From an uncultured Rivularia sp. (GTDB taxonomy: Bacteria; Cyanobacteriota; Cyanobacteriia; Cyanobacteriales; Nostocaceae), in contig OY762007.1 in the NCBI GenBank assembly GCA_963665115.1, positions 8,384,001-8,448,000 on the forward strand: a stretch of 64,000 nucleotides of DNA, in the 5' to 3' direction. Positions within the stretch are counted from its first letter, which is position 1. Every line of letters begins with the position of its first letter. Below the pieces are notes generated by a model that saw only the letters and a list, made by a program, of their open reading frames with translations, was not told the origin of the DNA and searched no databases. This document shows positions 41,956 to 52,169 of this stretch, one piece after another. A program made the position numbers and the translations under genes.

Positions 41956-44520
41956 TTATTGCCAATTGCCGACTAAAATAAATGGCGACCAATAATAAGG
42001 GTGTTTGTATTTGGGATTTTTTAATAGAGATAATTGTGCTTGACGTAATGCTTCGGCTTTACTTGCATCAGTTTGAGTAAGAATGCGGTAAAATTGCGAC
42101 ATCATTTCAGATGTTGAATTATCTCGTACAGACCACAAAGTTGCAAGGGTGCTTCTTGCTCCAGAACGCACGGCAATTCCTGCTAATCCTAAAATTGCTC
42201 TTTCATCACCTTTTGCTGTTTTGCAAGCACTTAAAACTAACAACTCAATGGCTTCTTCGTCGTTATTTTTTTGAATTAATGTATTAAAATCATTAACTTT
42301 AATTTTATCATCCCAAGTTAAAACGAAGGTATCTTTAGCTTTTGAACTAAATTGTCCGTGGGTAGCAAAGTGAATTACGGAAAATGGGATATTTTTGATT
42401 TGCTTTTCGATGATATTTTTAGAAAATCTTTCGTTTAATAAAGTTTTACTGGGGACAATTTGATTAATTTGTTTAATTTCTCTTTCCACACCAGGTAATG
42501 CGGAGAAACCTTGACGGGAAACTGCTAAACCTGCGGTTAAGGTATTACGCTTTTTAAAAGAAATTGGACTTATTGGTAGAAGTTGCAATCCTGGAGTTAA
42601 AGCAATACTATATTTCTCGATTAAGTATTGTTTGCCATCATGAAGAACTCCCATTGGTAAGTTGCGTAAAGTTCCATCAAGAACAAATACTATGGTTTTA
42701 ATGTTTTGCTTTTTTAAATCATTTTCTGCGGGACGTATTAATAAATCATAAAATTTTTGAGCGGATGGTAATACGTTGGTAGACTTGAAAACTGGATTTA
42801 AATATTGTCGCAATTCCTGGAATGTTTGCAATCTTTCTTGCTGAGATAGCTTTGTGCTGTAATGTTTTAAAGGTTTTCCGGGAAGGGAAACAATTACTTC
42901 TAAACTGTTATCGAGAATAATTGGATAAATTACCGCTGCTTCTTTATCAATATTATCGATATTTTGCTTTCTTGCTGTTAAACAAGCTGCTCTAAAAAAG
43001 TTTTCTAATTCCCGCTGCTGCAATCCTTCAATTGTTAATCTAGATTTTTCTAAATATTTCTGCTTTGTTTCTTGAGGAAGTTTGTCTACATCTTGTACCA
43101 GTAATTCAACTAACTGACGATACACGGGTTCAACTTTTTTACGAAAAGAAAACTGCATATCGGAATTTTCGGAATTGACTGCAACCAAGTCACGACGTAG
43201 TAATTCTATACCTTCCACAGCTTCGGAATAAGCGGCGATCGCCCGATCTTTTTTTCCTTGTGCTTTGAGTATACGCCCTTGCTGCCAGAGTAACATGGGA
43301 ATAGTTTCTGTTGCTTGTAAATCTTGAGCTATGGTAAGTGCTTGGTTGGTTAATTGAAGCGCTTCTAACCATTGTTGATTATCTTCGTAAAGATGTCCTA
43401 ATTCTCCTAAAGCATAAGATTGAGCTTTGAAGTCTTTTAATTCTTTTGCTTGACTGACTGCTGTTGCTAATATTTTGGCTAATTCATGATTGTTGATAGC
43501 TGATGCTTTATTCTTGATATCAATTAAGTTATCAACAAAATTAACTTGAGCGTAAATTTTAGCACGACTAGAAGGGAGTTTAATTAATAAATTTCTGATT
43601 TCAGGTACAAGTGCAAGAGCTTTTTGATTTTGTTCTGTTGTTTCAAATAAACTTAATTGATTAATTTGTGCTTGTAGTTTGTTTAAAGGTGAACTAAAAT
43701 TTTCTATTACTTGTTGATAGTATTCTTCTGCTTTTTGAAAATCTTCTCTTGCTCTGGCTGTGTTACCCAATCTTAAATAAGTTTCTCCTATCTGGGAGGT
43801 TAAATTAATATCTTCAGCAATAGTTAAACTTTCGGATAAAACAGTTTGAGATTTTTCTAAATCTCCGACTACTTCTAAAGCAACACTCAAACTGAGTAAA
43901 CCTTTGCCTTTGAGTGGCAAATTATCAACAGTTTGCAAATTTTGGTTAACTTCCTCTAAAATAGTTCGCGAGCGTCGGTAAAATCCTAAACTTTGCAATG
44001 CTTGTGCTTGGTTAATTTGACTTAAAATAACACCTTGAGTATCTTTTAAAGATTTATATATAGTTTCTGCTTGTTTCCAAGTTTCTAAAGCGGCTTGAAT
44101 ATTACCTATATTTAGCTGTAAACGAGCTTGTGTATTGAGAATTTGAGCATTAATAAATCTATCGTTAATAGTTTTAGCCAGTTGCAACGATTGAGAAATA
44201 GCTTGGTTTGCTGCTTGCCATTTACCTAAATCTTGATAAACAATTGCTAGATATCTATAGCCTAAAGCTTGATTGCGTTTTTCTTTCTGTAATGAATAAT
44301 TATTGACAGCTTTTTGCCATACTTCTGCTGCTGCTGCAAAGTTTCCTTCGTCGTAGAGTTGTTTACCTTTGTTTAAAAGATTAAGGGAAGAATTTACGTT
44401 ATCGGGTGATGAAGCGATAGAATGAATGGGAATAACCGAACGCGCATTTACTATTGGTACAAAGCTAGTTACCACTAGAAAAGTTAATAATCCTAAAATA
44501 AAAATTCGTTTATTCTTCAC
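41956..44520 (-). CDS. Secreted TPR plus CHAT (caspase HetF-associated) protease, paralog 1
   Basis: Signal peptide, TPR helices, IHFATHG (His), LLVLSACKTA (Cys), HPYYWSPFILVGNW. Confidence 0.93.
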   Translation of the reverse strand: MKNKRIFILGLLTFLVVTSFVPIVNARSVIPIHSIASSPDNVNSSLNLLNKGKQLYDEGNFAAAAEVWQKAVNNYSLQKEKRNQALGYRYLAIVYQDLGKWQAANQAISQSLQLAKTINDRFINAQILNTQARLQLNIGNIQAALETWKQAETIYKSLKDTQGVILSQINQAQALQSLGFYRRSRTILEEVNQNLQTVDNLPLKGKGLLSLSVALEVVGDLEKSQTVLSESLTIAEDINLTSQIGETYLRLGNTARAREDFQKAEEYYQQVIENFSSPLNKLQAQINQLSLFETTEQNQKALALVPEIRNLLIKLPSSRAKIYAQVNFVDNLIDIKNKASAINNHELAKILATAVSQAKELKDFKAQSYALGELGHLYEDNQQWLEALQLTNQALTIAQDLQATETIPMLLWQQGRILKAQGKKDRAIAAYSEAVEGIELLRRDLVAVNSENSDMQFSFRKKVEPVYRQLVELLVQDVDKLPQETKQKYLEKSRLTIEGLQQRELENFFRAACLTARKQNIDNIDKEAAVIYPIILDNSLEVIVSLPGKPLKHYSTKLSQQERLQTFQELRQYLNPVFKSTNVLPSAQKFYDLLIRPAENDLKKQNIKTIVFVLDGTLRNLPMGVLHDGKQYLIEKYSIALTPGLQLLPISPISFKKRNTLTAGLAVSRQGFSALPGVEREIKQINQIVPSKTLLNERFSKNIIEKQIKNIPFSVIHFATHGQFSSKAKDTFVLTWDDKIKVNDFNTLIQKNNDEEAIELLVLSACKTAKGDERAILGLAGIAVRSGARSTLATLWSVRDNSTSEMMSQFYRILTQTDASKAEALRQAQLSLLKNPKYKHPYYWSPFILVGNWQ

Positions 44521-44638
44521 TGGTTATTTTATATTTTAATTTTTCCAAGTTCTATCTAAATTTAAATAAGATGTCAATATCATAGGGGGAATAAAATAGG
44601 TAGTTAATTTATATCTTTTTACGCAGAGTGACGCGCAA

Positions 44639-47627
44639 CTAACCACAATTAGTCAAGCGATTTTTAAAATGAATATTATCTTGAGGTAAATTAGCGACAA
44701 ATTCAATCACTCCGTCTTCGTTGACAATCCAACCTTGAGCTTCAACTATTGGGGTAAATTTATTTTGTTGTTGTGGTATTTCTGCGTTATTAACTTCTTC
44801 GGAAGATTCTTCAAGAGAAACTCGCCAATCTTCCACAACTACCTTAGAGCGTAAGACTTCTTGAGGGCTTTTTGGTAAACCACCCCTGCCAGTTTCAGCG
44901 AACTTATTTCCTCCATCTGCTGGGCACCCGGCTTTTATTTGCGATGAGTCGGTAACTGTTTCTGGTAACTCTTCCAATGCAGAAGTAGGATCGATATCTG
45001 GGGTATTAATTTCGACAACACCGTTAAATTCTGCTCCTAATGCAGATGTGGCAGTAATATCGCTTTCTGGGGTGAGGAAATCTCTAAACGCAATCCCAAA
45101 AAGTGCTTCCGCGTTGATAATGACTCTACCACCAAAGCTTTGTTGAGCGTTAGCAGTAATATCGCTATTTTGTAGCGCGACTAAAGTACTAGCATTAATA
45201 TCAATATTACCTCCCGTTGCAGTTTGAGTTGCATTTGTTGTTATCTGGCTTCCTTGACGCAAGCGGATATCTGCACCCGAAAGATAAATACTTCCTTTAT
45301 CTCCCGCTACAGTTTCAGCGCTGATAGCGGCATTATTAAGATAAATTTGATTTCCTTGAATGCTTAAATTCCCTGCTGCACCAACTTGTTGACTGCTAAC
45401 TGAAATACGAGCATTATCTTGCAGAGTTAATTTCCCAGTTTCAATATTCAAATCTCCTGCATTCCCGATTCCGGGAGAAACTGCTAAAAATTCCGCTGGG
45501 AAATAATTTACCTGTCTTATCTTTGACAAATTCTGAAGTTCTTATATCTAGTTTTTCAAGAGCTACAGTAGAGCCAGCTATATCAATTGCATCACCAGCT
45601 AAAATATCAACATTTCCACTTGTTCCCTTTCCTAAATTAGCAGCAGAAATTTGAGCGCCATCTGCTAAAGTAATATTTCTAGTTTTAACTAAAATATCTC
45701 CCCCTTTACCGCTGCCAGATTTATCAACTTGAGCTTGTAAACGGCTGGGAATACCTTCAAATAATCCTTGCAATACAATTGATTCAGTTGCTATGACAGT
45801 CAAATTTCCACTATCACCAGAATTATTCGTACTAACATCAATTTCTGCACCATCGCTAACAATTAAATTCTTGGTTTCTAGAAAAAGATTACCTCCCTGC
45901 TTACCCTTTGAGTTTTCTTGTAATGCAGTACCGATCTGACTGGTATACATATTTCTATCATTCTTGGTTCTACCAGTGACTTCAATCAATTCAGTAGCAA
46001 TAATATTTACATCTCCTGCATTTCCTCCTCCCCTAGAACCTGCGACAATAATTGCTCCATCTCTTACAGTTAATCTTGCCGTTTCCAAACTAATTTTGCC
46101 GCCGTTTCCCCTACCTCTTGGACGTACATCTACAACAATTCCTCCTGGTGGCCCAGTTAAATTTGCAAATTGAGAATCGCTTATTTTATTGCTGACTTCA
46201 ATAAATTCTGATGCTTTAATTGAAATTTCTCCAGCATTCCCGAAATTAGCTGTATTCGCTGATACTGCTGCACCTTCGATAACTTTTAGGCGATCGCCCT
46301 TGATAAACACTTTTCCACCATTCCCTAAACCACTGGTACCACTATCAATACCGCCAATACCTGAAAGGATAATATCCGAAGCATTAACAGTAATATTACC
46401 ACCATTCCCTGTACCGTTTCTTTCAACTCTAGAAAATATACCTTTTCTTCCTCTAATTCCTAAAGCTATGTTTTGGGGGCTGGAAATAACTTCTAATTTA
46501 TTAGTCGCTTCAACGGTTATATCTCCTGCCTTCCCAACACTACCAGTATTGGTTAATATGTTTGAATCTTTGAGAAATAAATTATTTGTTTTAATATCTA
46601 TTTTTCCCCCATTACCCAAAGAATTAAGTTCTAAAATATTCCTGATGTTACTGTCTTTGTCAATGTTAATATTTTCTTTAGCGTTAATAGATATATCACC
46701 CGCAGTTATATCTTTATTTCCCAATCCATCTTTAATCCCCGCTCGGAAGCTACTATTATTTAAAGATAAATTATTTGCATTAACTAAAATATCTCCACCA
46801 CCACCAGCTATAACATCAATATTAGATTTATTAATTAAGGAGACATCACCGAGTTTTACGTTGTCTGGAAAGCTGAAATAAATTAAATCATTATTGAAAT
46901 TAACCGTTCCAGAAGCTAATAAACCACCTAATTGAATTGTTCCACCCGGTGCTTTGATAACTGCATTATCTAAATTAATATTTCCACCAATTAAACCTAG
47001 AGTTTTACCGGGTTTTACTTCTAAATTCGCTTGTTTGAGTTGAATTACTGCGGGATTATTTCCGTACTGCAAACCCAAAGGTACGTTTATTTTTAATAAA
47101 GCTGGATTATTTGGTTGAACTGTACTGTAAATATTATCATCAGAGAAAATTAAACTTTCAGCAGTGGAACCGATAAAAGAACCTTTGACATCAAGACGAG
47201 CATCTTTACCAAAAATAATTCCGTTGGGATTGATAAAAAATAAGTTTGCTAAACCGTTTACTCCCAGAATACCGTTAATATTTGAAGTATTATTACCAGT
47301 GATGCGAGTAATAATATTATTTACATCTTGGGGATTAGCGAATATTACCTTTTGTCCGTTATTGACATTAAACTCTTGGAAACTATGAAAAAGATTGCTT
47401 TGATTTTTAACTCCACCTTCGATTGATAAATTATTTAGACTTTGGGAATTTACTTCTGACGGAGAATTACCTAAAGTATTATCAGGAGTGATTTGAGCTA
47501 AAGCTGGAAAAGTCGTCAGCGTCGAAATTACGGTTGTAAGACAATGGGTAAATAACTTTAATTTGAATTTGTTCGGAGATAAATCTGCTTTAAATTTTTT
47601 GATACCCATCAAATCGTTCACTTGCAA
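44639..47627 (-). CDS. Filamentous haemagglutinin-family (TPS N-terminal domain) beta-helix protein; apparent +1 at 45478-45480
   Basis: AQITPDNTLG, NLFHSFQEFNV, ANLFFINPNGIIFG, G.AG.I.I repeats, C-terminal TGRGGLP and IVEAQGW. Confidence 0.88.
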
Positions 47628-47807
47628 TTAGTTGGTAAATAATGAGACACAACAGCTATTTATAGTTGTTTTTTTCTAATTAGGCAAGCAGTACTTTTAA
47701 TCGTAGGCGTTTAACCGCAACGATATAACAAGAAAATCCCGCTACAGCGTAATGCTTCAGCGGGAAGGAGACTAAAATCTGTTAGTTCAAATCAAGGAAA
47801 ACTGCAT

Positions 47808-48058
47808 CTATTTCACAGTTACATCTAATTTAAAGACAATATCGTTGAAATCCATATCACCACCAAGCATATCTTCCATGCCCGATGTGTTGCCGCCCAG
47901 GTTGCGAATATGGTCTACTCCGTCAGTGTTTGCACTGATATGAGTCGGGGTCATTATCTAAAACTTCTTCAAGAGTACCCTTAGCGATGGCGAAGGGAGC
48001 AAATATCTGACCACCTTTGATTTCCCTATTACCACCGATATTGTAATTAACTACAATA
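47808..48058 (-). pseudogene. C-terminal remnant of a DUF4114-like extracellular protein
   Basis: GGQIFAPFAIA.G/fs/ANTDGVDHIRNLGGNTSGMEDMLGGDMDFNDIVFKL; no start codon. Confidence 0.7.
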
Positions 48059-48165
48059 TTTAGTCGTCTAAAGACGACTTGGTATGTGAGCCTGGGAATT
48101 TATTCCAAGGTGGTTGTGAAGGTTAACTGAAAACGGTGCAATATGTTAGCAACCCTAAGTGGGTT

Positions 48166-48957
48166 TTAAGCCCCCGCACCAACCGCAAACAAATCCGAAC
48201 CATCGGAATTACCTTGAGCAACCTCTACTGCTGCTTCGGCTAAAGAAATATTCCCCGTCGCATCAGCCAAAAACTTATCGTTCACCAAGCTAGAGAAAGC
48301 AGTAATATCGGTATACCAATTGCCAATTACTTGACTCACAAAAGCAAGCTTCTGCTCGCTAACATTGCCAATAACTTGATAGCTAAAGCTACCGCTAAAA
48401 ATCACGATGGGAATATTCTTGTCTTTCTGATTCAAAGTCGCTTCGGTAATATTCAAAGCCAAAGGAGCGCGTTTGAGTTTGTACATTAAGTTCAAAGATG
48501 CTCGCATTGCTTCTTCTCCTTCCTCCTGCCAAGCACCCGGAGACAGTAATTTTTCGCTAATAAATTTATTCGCTGCACCTTCCTCAGCAAAAGCCACAAA
48601 ACCCCTGGGGTTAATTCCAATTGCTTGAAAATCTAAGTTTGGTAAAGCTTGCGTGAATTTATTGGTGATGCTTGGAGATAAAACTGTTTCGGTGGTTTTG
48701 TTGGCGTTACGCGAAGCGTCAAGCCCTTGGCTTATCGCCTCAGCAAAAATCACTCGATTGGGTTCGGCAACGATATTTACTCCATTTTTAAAGCTAAACC
48801 TGGCTACATTGTTATTGACAACAGGTTTTTTATCAAATTCCCATTCTCCAGGAATAATACCGCTATATTTCAGGAAATCTGGAGTGATAATCGCAGGTTT
48901 TAAGTCTTTTGCAGCGACGACTATTGCTAATTCTTGAACCGTTAATGCTTGACTCAT
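48166..48957 (-). CDS. Hypothetical cytoplasmic protein
   Basis: 263 aa ORF with RBS; P....PDFLKYSGIIP.EWE, IGINPRGF. Confidence 0.75.
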   Translation of the reverse strand: MSQALTVQELAIVVAAKDLKPAIITPDFLKYSGIIPGEWEFDKKPVVNNNVARFSFKNGVNIVAEPNRVIFAEAISQGLDASRNANKTTETVLSPSITNKFTQALPNLDFQAIGINPRGFVAFAEEGAANKFISEKLLSPGAWQEEGEEAMRASLNLMYKLKRAPLALNITEATLNQKDKNIPIVIFSGSFSYQVIGNVSEQKLAFVSQVIGNWYTDITAFSSLVNDKFLADATGNISLAEAAVEVAQGNSDGSDLFAVGAGA

Positions 48958-49085
48958 GTGTATTCCCTGTAATTCAAACCTACTGTGTTTACTCTGCTTC
49001 TATTTCGGGTTGCAGTAAATTTATATACTTGAATTTAGAAGACTTCGTAAAGTATGGCAAGGAAAAATGAAAGTGCCAATAAGCA

Positions 49086-49137
49086 AAAGTTGATATGTTT
49101 TTTTCTGAAAGTTGATAAAAGTTGATAAAAGTTGATA
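49086..49137. promoter_or_regulatory. Four phased AAAGTTGATA direct repeats (putative regulator binding site)
   Basis: Copies at 49086, 49108, 49118 and 49128; related pair at 51828/51838. Confidence 0.55.
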
Positions 49138-49364
49138 TCTTTCCTTAATACCATTGACAAGCAAATTGATTGAGCATTAGGTTTGACTATTGCAAACCAA
49201 TAAATAATATCAATATAAATATAAATAGATTCAGTGTTTTCTTGGTTGACGGTGTAAAACGACATAAAAACATAGTTTAAGTAAGTAAAGATTGAAAGTA
49301 TTCTGATTGAGTTCCAAAGTTATTTCTTTAGACAGATGCATATAAAAATATTAATTATCAAAAC

Positions 49365-50084
49365 ATGAACAAATTATCAAAATTATTTTACAAATTATTA
49401 AGTATTAGTTTATCTTCGCAGTTATTGATATTGGCTTGTTCAGCGAAAGCAGAAGATACTCCAAAGCATAGAGGTATGATTTTACCGGCTCCAATACAAT
49501 TTGAACCACCTCCAGACGGTGAACCACCAGACACATCGGGAGGAGGTTCAAGAGATCCAGATCAAAGCAGATGTTCTTCTAATCAAAAGCCAATCAAAGC
49601 ATTGATGCCAGAAGGCAATTTTGGATGGACTTTGCAAGGAATCCCATCTATTTACGTTTATTTGCCAAAAACTACCGCAAAACAAGTAGTTTTATCATTC
49701 CAAGATGAAACAGAAGAATATCATGAAACTGCTTTTTTACCAATTAAAGCAGATAGAAGAATTGTTAGTTTTAGCTTACCAAAAGATAGACCGGACTTAG
49801 AAATAGGGAAAAACTACAAATGGAAATTAACTCTTGTTTGTAGAGATATTCCAGATGTAGAAGATCCACAACTTGAAGGTTGGGTAAAGCGTGTTGATAT
49901 AAATTCAGTCAAAGCTAATCTTCAAGGGAAAACACCCACAGAACAAGCTTACTGGTATGCCGAGAATGGCTATTGGTACGATTTGGTAAGAGTTTTATGG
50001 CAAATAAGACAAGCGAATCCTAACAACAAAAGCTTAGATTATTTGTGGTTTAGTTTATTAAAAAATTTAAATACAGATAAATAG
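49365..50084 (+). CDS. DUF928 family secreted protein
   Basis: Signal peptide, F.PP...P..T.GGGSR...C, ALMP, LEIGKNYKW...C, GWVKRV, YAENGYWYD. Confidence 0.9.
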   Translation: MNKLSKLFYKLLSISLSSQLLILACSAKAEDTPKHRGMILPAPIQFEPPPDGEPPDTSGGGSRDPDQSRCSSNQKPIKALMPEGNFGWTLQGIPSIYVYLPKTTAKQVVLSFQDETEEYHETAFLPIKADRRIVSFSLPKDRPDLEIGKNYKWKLTLVCRDIPDVEDPQLEGWVKRVDINSVKANLQGKTPTEQAYWYAENGYWYDLVRVLWQIRQANPNNKSLDYLWFSLLKNLNTDK

Positions 50085-50141
50085 ATATAATGTTATAGAT
50101 AATCAAAATGAAAAAGTTAAGTAATCATAAAAAAAGTAGTA

Positions 50142-51572
50142 ATGGATAATACCGATGAAATATTAGAATACATTGAAAACATCATCTATATAAAGACAGC
50201 AGAGCATCTTAATGATACTCAAAAAATAATATTACAAGAATCTTGGAATAAAACTAAAAAAACTTACGAACAGATAGCCATCGAACTTGGTTATTCTGGT
50301 AATTATATTAAACAAGGAGTTGGACCAAAATTATGGAGACTCCTTTCAAAAGCTTTTGGGGAAAAAGTTACTAAAACTAATCTCCATTCTGTAGTTAATC
50401 GATGGATCAAAAGGCAAACTGCTGGGGAAAGTTCTAATCGTGAAAACTCACTACAACTGTCTTCAGAAAAAGAAGTAGGATTACAATCTGTAGATGTCGA
50501 AGCTGCTGAATATTCATGTAAGTGCGTTTACGAGGAAAAAAAGCCTTTAGCAGGTGCAGATTTAGAATTTCCTCAAGATAGCGTACCTTTAGATTCTGCT
50601 TTGTATATAGTTAGAGGAAATCATGAAGAAAGATGCTATCAAACTATTTTGAATCCCGGTGCTTTTATTCGCATTAAAGCACCAAGACAAATGGGTAAAA
50701 CTTCTTTAATGAATAGAGTTTTAGCTTATGCAGCACAAAAGAATTATCGAACTGGGCTATTACACTTTCAACAAGCAGATTCTTCGATTTTAACTGATTT
50801 AAATCGGTTATTGCGTTGGATATGCGTCAACTTAACTCGACAACTAAAATTAGAATCAGATATTAATGATTATTGGGATGAAGAACTTGGCTCTAAAATG
50901 AGTTGTAATTTGTATATTCAAGCCTGTATCTTACAACAAATTGACAGTCCACTTGTGTTAGCTTTGGAAGAAGTTAACGAAATTATCGAGCATCCACAAA
51001 TTGGCAAGGAATTCTTTAGCTTACTGCGTTTTTGGCATGAAAGAACTAAAACAGACGTTAATTGGCAAAAGCTGCGATTACTAATGGTTCATTCCACAGA
51101 AATTTATATTCCTTTAGATATTAATCAATCTCCTTTGAACGTAGGTTTGAGAATTGAATTAGAACCTTTTGATAAAGAACAAGTTCAAGAATTAATGCAA
51201 CGTCATCAACTAGATTTGAATTCTAGTAAATTAGAAACTTTAATGGATTTAGTCGCTGGACATCCTTATTTAATCCGACTAGCATTCTACTATTTAAAAT
51301 GTCAAGAACTTACCTTTGAAGACTTATTAGAAACTGCTGCTACTGATGCAGGAATTTATCGAGACGTTTTACAAAGAAACCTGCATATTCTTCAGAAAGA
51401 TGGTGAATTAGTAGAAGCTTTTAAAAAAGTATTAGATTCAGATATACCTATTGCATTGGAACAAATACAGGGTTTCAAGCTGCATAGCATGGGATTAATT
51501 AACTATCATGGTAATCAAGTTTCCGTTAGTTGCGATTTATATCGGAAATATTTTCACGATTATTTAAACTAA
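50142..51572 (+). CDS. N-terminal HTH plus AAA_35 (STAND-like) NTPase
   Basis: KTYEQIAIELGYSGNYIK..GPKLWRLLS HTH; Walker A APRQMGKTS; LVLALEEV; QSPLNVG; GHPYL. Confidence 0.88.
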   Translation: MDNTDEILEYIENIIYIKTAEHLNDTQKIILQESWNKTKKTYEQIAIELGYSGNYIKQGVGPKLWRLLSKAFGEKVTKTNLHSVVNRWIKRQTAGESSNRENSLQLSSEKEVGLQSVDVEAAEYSCKCVYEEKKPLAGADLEFPQDSVPLDSALYIVRGNHEERCYQTILNPGAFIRIKAPRQMGKTSLMNRVLAYAAQKNYRTGLLHFQQADSSILTDLNRLLRWICVNLTRQLKLESDINDYWDEELGSKMSCNLYIQACILQQIDSPLVLALEEVNEIIEHPQIGKEFFSLLRFWHERTKTDVNWQKLRLLMVHSTEIYIPLDINQSPLNVGLRIELEPFDKEQVQELMQRHQLDLNSSKLETLMDLVAGHPYLIRLAFYYLKCQELTFEDLLETAATDAGIYRDVLQRNLHILQKDGELVEAFKKVLDSDIPIALEQIQGFKLHSMGLINYHGNQVSVSCDLYRKYFHDYLN

Positions 51573-51581
51573 ATTCCTTAT

Positions 51582-51752
51582 TTAATCCATAACTTTGACA
51601 AATCCCATACGTACAAAATCGTGTAACTTACGAATTTTTTGATTTTGTTCAAAGTTGAGACTTTGATCGGATAGCATAACTTCGCATAGCCAATTTTGGT
51701 CATGGCGAGTAATTTTACCAGTTGAAAAAATTCTTTTAATTTTATTTTCCAT
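51582..51752 (-). CDS. 56-aa small protein missed by the ORF track
   Basis: MENKIKRIFSTGKITRHDQNWLCEVMLSDQSLNFEQNQKIRKLHDFVRMGFVKVMD; resembles recalled cyanobacterial G.IT..DQ...G..KV.D small proteins. Confidence 0.7.
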   Translation of the reverse strand: MENKIKRIFSTGKITRHDQNWLCEVMLSDQSLNFEQNQKIRKLHDFVRMGFVKVMD

Positions 51753-51949
51753 GATGAAATATTAATTTTTTTTTAACTTTATAACTTCTTCAAGTATGAC
51801 AAGATTAACTAAATTCGTAAATATATAAAAGCTGACAAAAGTTGATATATTAGTCCTTTAGTTATAGATTATTTAATCGAAAGTCTATAATTTGGGGATG
51901 GGTAATAGGTGATTGGTAAGTTATCGATAATGATTCCACGTACATCTTC

Positions 51950-52060
51950 CTAGTACAGTACGGCGTAAATAAAGCACCCATTTAAAAAGTTTGAAAGCCT
52001 TATCATATAATACTTTTTACTTCTTACTTTTGACTTTTTACTTCCGCGCAGCGGTACTAG
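51950..52060. mobile_element. CTAG-flanked MITE, copy 2
   Basis: Near-identical to 20809-20926. Confidence 0.85.
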
Positions 52061-52169
52061 CCTCATACCACAATATTGTCAAACTACTAATGATTGATTG
52101 CATTGTCGGGAGACGTAGCACTGCGCCCCGTCTCTACAACCCGTCGGAACTATAAAATAGACTATTTGG

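Noticed and set aside
48959..48967. J-box-like GGGAATACA on the minus strand
   Set aside because: Directly adjacent to the ATG; better explained as the ribosome-binding region
49035..49265. 76-aa ORF between divergent genes
   Set aside because: Low-complexity AT-rich promoter region spanning the decamer repeats, no recognisable features
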